From positions 96,001 to 160,000 of the forward strand of contig JAGSHN010000027.1 of assembly GCA_029855935.1 (NCBI GenBank): 64,000 bases of DNA, written 5' to 3'. The translations under genes and the position numbers were made by a program. The first letter of the stretch is position 1, and every line of letters starts with the position of its first letter. This DNA comes from Candidatus Thorarchaeota archaeon (GTDB taxonomy: Archaea > Asgardarchaeota > Thorarchaeia > Thorarchaeales > Thorarchaeaceae). The notes beneath the pieces were generated by a model. The model was not told the DNA's origin. It searched no databases and saw only the letters and a list, made by a program, of their open reading frames with translations. Below, piece by piece: positions 58,776 through 64,000 of the stretch.

Positions 58776-59813
58776 CTACATCGCCGCGCCGTTCTCAGCG
58801 GCCTCGGCATACTCCTGCTGAACGCTCTTACCAAAGTCGAGTGCTCCAGCGAAGTGGCAAGCCACTAGATGCCCGTCCCCCATGTCGCGGAGAGGAGGTT
58901 CCTCCTCTGAGCAGACCTCTTGGGCGAAGATACAACGCGGGTGGAATCTGCAACCCTTCGGAGGATTGACCGGACTTGGAACCTCACCCTTCAGTATTGT
59001 CGCCTTTCCCGCAAAGCGCGGGTCAGGAATGGGAACTGCGGACACGAGAGCGAAGGTGTAGGGGTGCAGTGTAGTCCGGAAGATGTCGTGCGGAGTGAGC
59101 TCGACGATCTTGCCCAGGTACATCACCGCGACGCGGTCGCTCATATGTTTCACAACGCTGAGGTCGTGAGAGATAAACATGTATGTGAGTCCGAGCTCGT
59201 CCTGCAGGTCTTTCATCAGGTTCAGAGTCTGTGCCTGCACGGAAACGTCCGTACTCGATGTTGGCTCGTCCATCACTATGAACTTGGGATTCAGTGCAAG
59301 AGCGCGAGCGATGCAGATCCTCTGCCTCTGACCTCCACTGAACTCGTGCGGGAACCTGTTCAGGTGGTCTTCGTTGAGTCCGACCTTTCGGAGCAACTCA
59401 AGCACCATCTCACGCATCTTAGGCCCTCGCGCGATACCATGGACCACGAGCGGCTCGCCAACCGAGTTCTTGATGGTGACACGCGGGTCGAGAGATGCCA
59501 TGGGATCCTGAAAGACTATCTGCATCTGTCGCCGGATGTGCCTGAGTTCGCGATGTCCAAGATGGGTTATGTCCTTTCCATCGAACTCAATAGTGCCCTC
59601 CGTTGGGTCAAGCAACCTCAGAATGGTCCGTCCGAGTGTGGTCTTTCCACAGCCGGATTCGCCCACAACGCCGAGGGTTTCCCCCGGATAGATGTCCAGG
59701 TCCACTCCGTCTACCGCGTGAACCCTGCCAACAACCTTCCGGAACACTCCTCCGGTCAGCGGAAAGTGCTTCTTGAGGCCCCGAACCTTCACCAATGGTC
59801 CCATTTCGCTCAT
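58776..59813 (-). CDS. dppF: Di/oligopeptide ABC ATPase
   Basis: [28 protein letters not shown] and GCRFHPRC. Confidence 0.92.
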   Translation of the reverse strand: MSEMGPLVKVRGLKKHFPLTGGVFRKVVGRVHAVDGVDLDIYPGETLGVVGESGCGKTTLGRTILRLLDPTEGTIEFDGKDITHLGHRELRHIRRQMQIVFQDPMASLDPRVTIKNSVGEPLVVHGIARGPKMREMVLELLRKVGLNEDHLNRFPHEFSGGQRQRICIARALALNPKFIVMDEPTSSTDVSVQAQTLNLMKDLQDELGLTYMFISHDLSVVKHMSDRVAVMYLGKIVELTPHDIFRTTLHPYTFALVSAVPIPDPRFAGKATILKGEVPSPVNPPKGCRFHPRCIFAQEVCSEEEPPLRDMGDGHLVACHFAGALDFGKSVQQEYAEAAENGAAM

Positions 59814-61000
59814 TACCTCTTACCTCCTTTATCAGGCAGTGGGTGATGACAGGCCACCCAATGTCCTGGACTGATCTCCTTGAGATGTGGCTTCTCTGTC
59901 TCGCATATGCCCGTCGCGTAGTCGCACCGAGGATGGAACCTGCATCCCGGCGGCGGAGTGATCAGGTTGGGGACGCTCCCACGAATCTGCGGAAGTCGCT
60001 CTCTATTCTCGTGGAGCTTTGGTACCGCGGTGAGCAGTCCAGCCGTGTAGGGATGCCTTGGGTTGTAGAAGAGCTCCTCAGTGGCACAGCTCTCCACAGT
60101 TGTCCCCGCATACATAACCGTCACCCATGAGCAGGTCTCTGCAACAACACCCATATCGTGCGTGATTATGATGATTGACGTTCCAACCTCCTTCTTCAAC
60201 TCGTTGAGAAGGTTGAGGACCTGAGCCTGCACAGTCACGTCGAGAGCTGTTGTCGCCTCATCACATATGAGTATCAGAGGATTGCAAGCCAGAGCCATAG
60301 CGATGAGGGCTCTCTGTCGCATTCCCCCAGATAGCTCGTGCGGGTATTGCATCATCACCTTGTCAGGGGCAGGCATCTTGACGAGTCGGAGCATGTCCTC
60401 TGCAATCTTCAATGCAGCCTTCTTCTTGTACTTCGGGTCCGGTTCTGGAGGATCATCCAGCTGTGACTCGTAGTGCGCAAGCCGTTCCCGTATCTTCTCC
60501 CGTCGGGTGGACGACACGAGACCGCCCTTCCCCTCCAGCTTGTCCAGCGCGTTTCGCAATTCCTCGATGCGAATCTCCAGCGCCTCTTTCCTCAGGTCCT
60601 GGTGAAGCATCACCACCTCTGCAATCTGGTCGCCTATGGTGAAGACGGGGTTCGGAAAAGTGGCAGGATCTTGAAACACGATGGACACCAGTCGCCCTCG
60701 AACATGAAGCATGTCCTCCTCGCTGAGCTTCAGAAGGTCAACCTCCTCAACGTTGCCTGACTCCTCATTGGGCACGTAGAGGAGGATACGCCCGCCTTCT
60801 ATTCGTCCCGGGGGCTCGACGAGTCGCAGAATCGACCTAGCCGTTACTGACTTCCCACAGCCCGTCTCACCGACCAGTCCCATTGTGTCGCCCTTTCGGA
60901 GAAACAGGTTGACACCGTCAAGGGCTTTTACCACACCCTCGTAGGTGTAGAAGTTCGTGACCAGATCCTCGACCTTCAGTACAAGTTCATCATCTGACAT
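59813..61000 (-). CDS. dppD: Di/oligopeptide ABC ATPase with a helical insertion
   Basis: GETGCGKSV, YPHELSGGMRQR and DEATTALDVTVQAQ; charged insert of about 55 aa. Confidence 0.92.
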   Translation of the reverse strand: MSDDELVLKVEDLVTNFYTYEGVVKALDGVNLFLRKGDTMGLVGETGCGKSVTARSILRLVEPPGRIEGGRILLYVPNEESGNVEEVDLLKLSEEDMLHVRGRLVSIVFQDPATFPNPVFTIGDQIAEVVMLHQDLRKEALEIRIEELRNALDKLEGKGGLVSSTRREKIRERLAHYESQLDDPPEPDPKYKKKAALKIAEDMLRLVKMPAPDKVMMQYPHELSGGMRQRALIAMALACNPLILICDEATTALDVTVQAQVLNLLNELKKEVGTSIIIITHDMGVVAETCSWVTVMYAGTTVESCATEELFYNPRHPYTAGLLTAVPKLHENRERLPQIRGSVPNLITPPPGCRFHPRCDYATGICETEKPHLKEISPGHWVACHHPLPDKGGKR

Positions 61001-61007
61001 CTATGTC

Positions 61008-62339
61008 TTACCTCCGCCTCAGCTTGGGATCAAGGATGTCACGGATGCCGTCTCCGACCAGGTTCAGAGCTAGGGATACGAGGAGTATTGCAAAACCGGG
61101 GAAGAACACGGCCCAGGGACTTATCGAGAAGTACTCCTGCCCCTTGGCAATCATTAGACCCCATTCCGCGATACCCGCCGGAGGTCCAAATCCGATGAAT
61201 GATAGACCCGCTGCGACAAGCAGCACAGCACCCGTGTCCATCGTCGCCTGAACAATTATGGGTTGAATGGTATTGGGTATGATATGATAGATGAGAATTC
61301 TCGCGTCACTGGCGCCGACAGAACGGGCTGCCTCGACGTAGAGCTTCTCTCTCTCAAGGAGCACTTGGCCTCGGACTAGCCGTGCATAGGTCGGCCACCA
61401 TGTGACCATCAGAGCCACTGAGATGTTCTCGAGACTACGAGAGCCTAGAGCCATCACTATCGCCATTGCGAGGATTAGCCCTGGAAATGCGAAGAAGACA
61501 TCAGTCACGCGCATCAGGAGTTCATCGAGCTTGCCACCATAATAGCCCGAAACCGCACCGAGAAAGGTCCCGATGACGATGGCAACTATGACAACGGTGA
61601 TGGCAACTCGTAGATCCACTTGCGCGCCGTAGAGGATTCTACTGAATACGTCACCGCCAGAATTGTCCGTGCCCCAATAGTGGACTGGATTTCCAGGAAC
61701 GTTGCTGGGCGATCCTGGTGGGAGGTTGGTGTCAGCCCATATACGCTCCTCTGGGCCGTACGGTGCTACCCAGGGAGCGAGGAGCGCGAGAATGACGAAA
61801 GCAACAATTATCACGATACCGACAACCACGAGGGGGCTTTTGCGCACAAGGTGCATGCTGTATCTAAACTCCCTGAGCCGCGGGACCATGTCCTCGACGA
61901 AGGTTTCCCACCAGTAGGACTTGACTCCCGGAAGGAAAAGAAGGACCACTGGAACAAGAACGAATACAGCGGCATAGAGCCCTGTCGAGAGTTCTGTGAG
62001 TATGAGAGAACCAGCAGAAATCAGATTCACATACAAGAGCGCTGAGAAAGTCCACATTTCGTAGTTCTCAAGCGCCGCAGCAATCCTCACCGCAATCAAT
62101 CCCAGTACTGCGATTGCGAAACCTATGGCGAACTTTCCAATTATCCAGTCTGGAGGCACGACAGGATAGCCCAGCCGTTCTATGATTGAGTAGGTCACGT
62201 CCCCAACGAACAATATTCCCCCAAGTATGGTGAGCATGATTGAAACGACAAGCTCAAGGAACCAGAGGACACGAAACTGACCGACTGTACTCGGGTCGAT
62301 TGGAATCTCGTCAGAACGAAGGTGATATTCTTCAGTCAC
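61008..62339 (-). CDS. dppC: Peptide ABC permease with an extra N-terminal 4-TM domain
   Basis: WGTDNSGGDVFSR, YVEAARSVGAS, LSFIGFG, EWG and GDGIRDILDP. Confidence 0.92.
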   Translation of the reverse strand: MTEEYHLRSDEIPIDPSTVGQFRVLWFLELVVSIMLTILGGILFVGDVTYSIIERLGYPVVPPDWIIGKFAIGFAIAVLGLIAVRIAAALENYEMWTFSALLYVNLISAGSLILTELSTGLYAAVFVLVPVVLLFLPGVKSYWWETFVEDMVPRLREFRYSMHLVRKSPLVVVGIVIIVAFVILALLAPWVAPYGPEERIWADTNLPPGSPSNVPGNPVHYWGTDNSGGDVFSRILYGAQVDLRVAITVVIVAIVIGTFLGAVSGYYGGKLDELLMRVTDVFFAFPGLILAMAIVMALGSRSLENISVALMVTWWPTYARLVRGQVLLEREKLYVEAARSVGASDARILIYHIIPNTIQPIIVQATMDTGAVLLVAAGLSFIGFGPPAGIAEWGLMIAKGQEYFSISPWAVFFPGFAILLVSLALNLVGDGIRDILDPKLRRR

Positions 62340-62353
62340 TCTTCTCTACCTCC

Positions 62354-63388
62354 TCAACCAAAGCGTATCCTAGGATCCAGAGTTCCGTAGACCAAGTCTA
62401 CTATCAAGTTCGCCGTGACAAAGATGAGGGCAACCAGCAGAGTGAACCCATTGATTGCCGCAAGGTCGGCACTCAGAATAGCTGACACCGCCCATTGCCC
62501 CAGTCCGTGCCACTGGAATATGGTTTCGGTCAGAACTGCTCCCGTCATCAGACCACCAAATGCGAGCCCAATGACAGTCACTGTTGGAATCAGTGCATTG
62601 CGGAGCGCATGGCGGTATATCACGACCTTCTCGGAGAGGCCCTTTGCACGTGCCAGAGTTATGTAGTCTTCACGCAGCACTTCAAGCATACTCGAACGCA
62701 TCATCCTTGTTATGATGGCCATAGTGAGGTAGCCCAGACAGAATCCCGGCATGACTAGGTGAGTCAGTGCGTCTACAAAGAGCGGAATACTGTGAGCATA
62801 GACCAATGAGTCTATCAGAATGAAGCCGGTCGTGTACTGGAACCAGTAGAATCGATTAGAGTCGTACCTGTATCCACCAGGCAAATGGGGGAGGCCCATT
62901 ATGGCGAGCTGATAGTAGAGGACGTACTTCAGCATAATAGCGAACCAGAATATGGGCATCGACACGCCTGCAAGAGAGAATATTCGTGTGAAGTGATCAA
63001 TCATCTGATCTTTGCGGGTTGCAGAGATTATTCCAAGAGGAATGCCCAGCAGCACGGCAAAGACCATCGCGACAAGTGCCAGCTCAATTGTTGCCGGAAA
63101 CCGCTGTGCTATCACCTCAGTCACTGGTCGAAAGCTCATCGAGGTACTCTCACCCCAATCGCCGTGAAAGAGGTTGTTCAAGTATATGAAATACTGAATG
63201 TGTGGGGGCTGGTCCAGTCCGTGGCTCCTGATGATTCCAGGTATTGCACTGGCTGGCGTGTTCGTATTAATGTACATGACCACAGGATCGCCAACCATGT
63301 GGGAGAGAAACCAAGTAATAGTCAGCACTCCAAACACGACTGGTATAGCCAGCAGGATTCGCCTGATTATGAAGTCGCGTAACCTCAT
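62354..63388 (-). CDS. dppB: Peptide ABC permease
   Basis: RFPATIELA, SMPIFW, DYITLARAKGL, HALRNALIP and LDPRIR. Confidence 0.94.
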   Translation of the reverse strand: MRLRDFIIRRILLAIPVVFGVLTITWFLSHMVGDPVVMYINTNTPASAIPGIIRSHGLDQPPHIQYFIYLNNLFHGDWGESTSMSFRPVTEVIAQRFPATIELALVAMVFAVLLGIPLGIISATRKDQMIDHFTRIFSLAGVSMPIFWFAIMLKYVLYYQLAIMGLPHLPGGYRYDSNRFYWFQYTTGFILIDSLVYAHSIPLFVDALTHLVMPGFCLGYLTMAIITRMMRSSMLEVLREDYITLARAKGLSEKVVIYRHALRNALIPTVTVIGLAFGGLMTGAVLTETIFQWHGLGQWAVSAILSADLAAINGFTLLVALIFVTANLIVDLVYGTLDPRIRFG

Positions 63389-63689
63389 TTGACCACCGCA
63401 TTCAGATACGGGTTGGTGTGTCCCGGAGGAATGGGATACTTAAGCATTTGCTTCAGTGTTGCCTTCATGGAGCAGCGGGGTCTTGTCACGCAATGCGCAT
63501 TCTGACGCGCTTCTGCCAGCAATCCCGTAATGTATATTAGACTGAACCCGACTTCAGATAAGTCAACTCGCCTAACCGCGAACTGCGCGTGCCGAGAGTC
63601 TAGTGGCTGGTCGATGCGGCTTCTGCCGGCGACCCGCTATTACTAGAGCTCGGCATTCGTCTACAAAAGACAAAGGAAGGAAGACCAAG

Positions 63690-64000
63690 ATGGAGAAGAC
63701 TAAACTCATAGCCATCGTCGTGGTCGTGGTCATAGTCGCGGGAGTCGGCGGCTACTTTCTCCTAGCACCGCCAGCACCTAGCGGCCAGACCCTGATCTGG
63801 GAGACTATTGGTAACCCAGACTATATGGACCCCCACGTGAACTATGAGTCATTTGGTTCGTGGATACACTACAATGTCTACGAAACCCTATTCACGTACG
63901 AATGGGACAGCCTGAACACCGAGCCGACTGTGCCTCTGCTGGCACAGAGCGTAGAAGTCTCGGCAGATGGACTGAACTACACCTTCCACCTCCGGCAGGG
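63690..64000 (+). CDS. dppA: Peptide ABC substrate-binding protein (family 5), truncated by the window edge
   Basis: MEKTKLIAIVVVVVIVAG..MDPH..NVYETLF..PLLAQS..SADGLNYTFHLRQ; not in the ORF track. Confidence 0.9.
   Translation, partial: MEKTKLIAIVVVVVIVAGVGGYFLLAPPAPSGQTLIWETIGNPDYMDPHVNYESFGSWIHYNVYETLFTYEWDSLNTEPTVPLLAQSVEVSADGLNYTFHLRQ

Overview
Gene-dense, GC-rich window with about 60 CDS and no recognisable rRNA, tRNA, CRISPR array or mobile element. TATA-type promoters, a geranylgeranyl reductase, Rab-like small GTPases, V4R, longin-like and PCI-like domains, and large Ig-stalked surface proteins suggest an Asgard archaeon, probably Thorarchaeia-like. That assignment is inferred from gene content. 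The housekeeping content is peptide and amino-acid catabolism (M29, M20 and M48 peptidases, Dpp/Opp ABC, carbamate kinase), NAD salvage (pncB-pncA), thrS and type I gap. The main leads are: (1) a ~1050-aa surface protein split by one in-frame UAG at the junction between its secreted head and membrane-anchored stalk, with two mutually exclusive hairpins just 3' of the stop; (2) two secreted caspase-fold proteases with different N-terminal modules (CUB+PPC versus Ig), one next to a non-catalytic, membrane-anchored CUB+PPC paralog; (3) a cluster of two Rab-like GTPases, a Zn/winged-helix protein and a V4R (Bet3-related) protein. Smaller leads include a 7TM-longin fusion, an M48 protease with an inserted EF-hand, an orphan ABC ATPase pair with one degenerate subunit, an M23 peptidase and a citrate-synthase-like gene with an in-frame UGA. 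All family calls come from motif recognition by eye; no searches were run.
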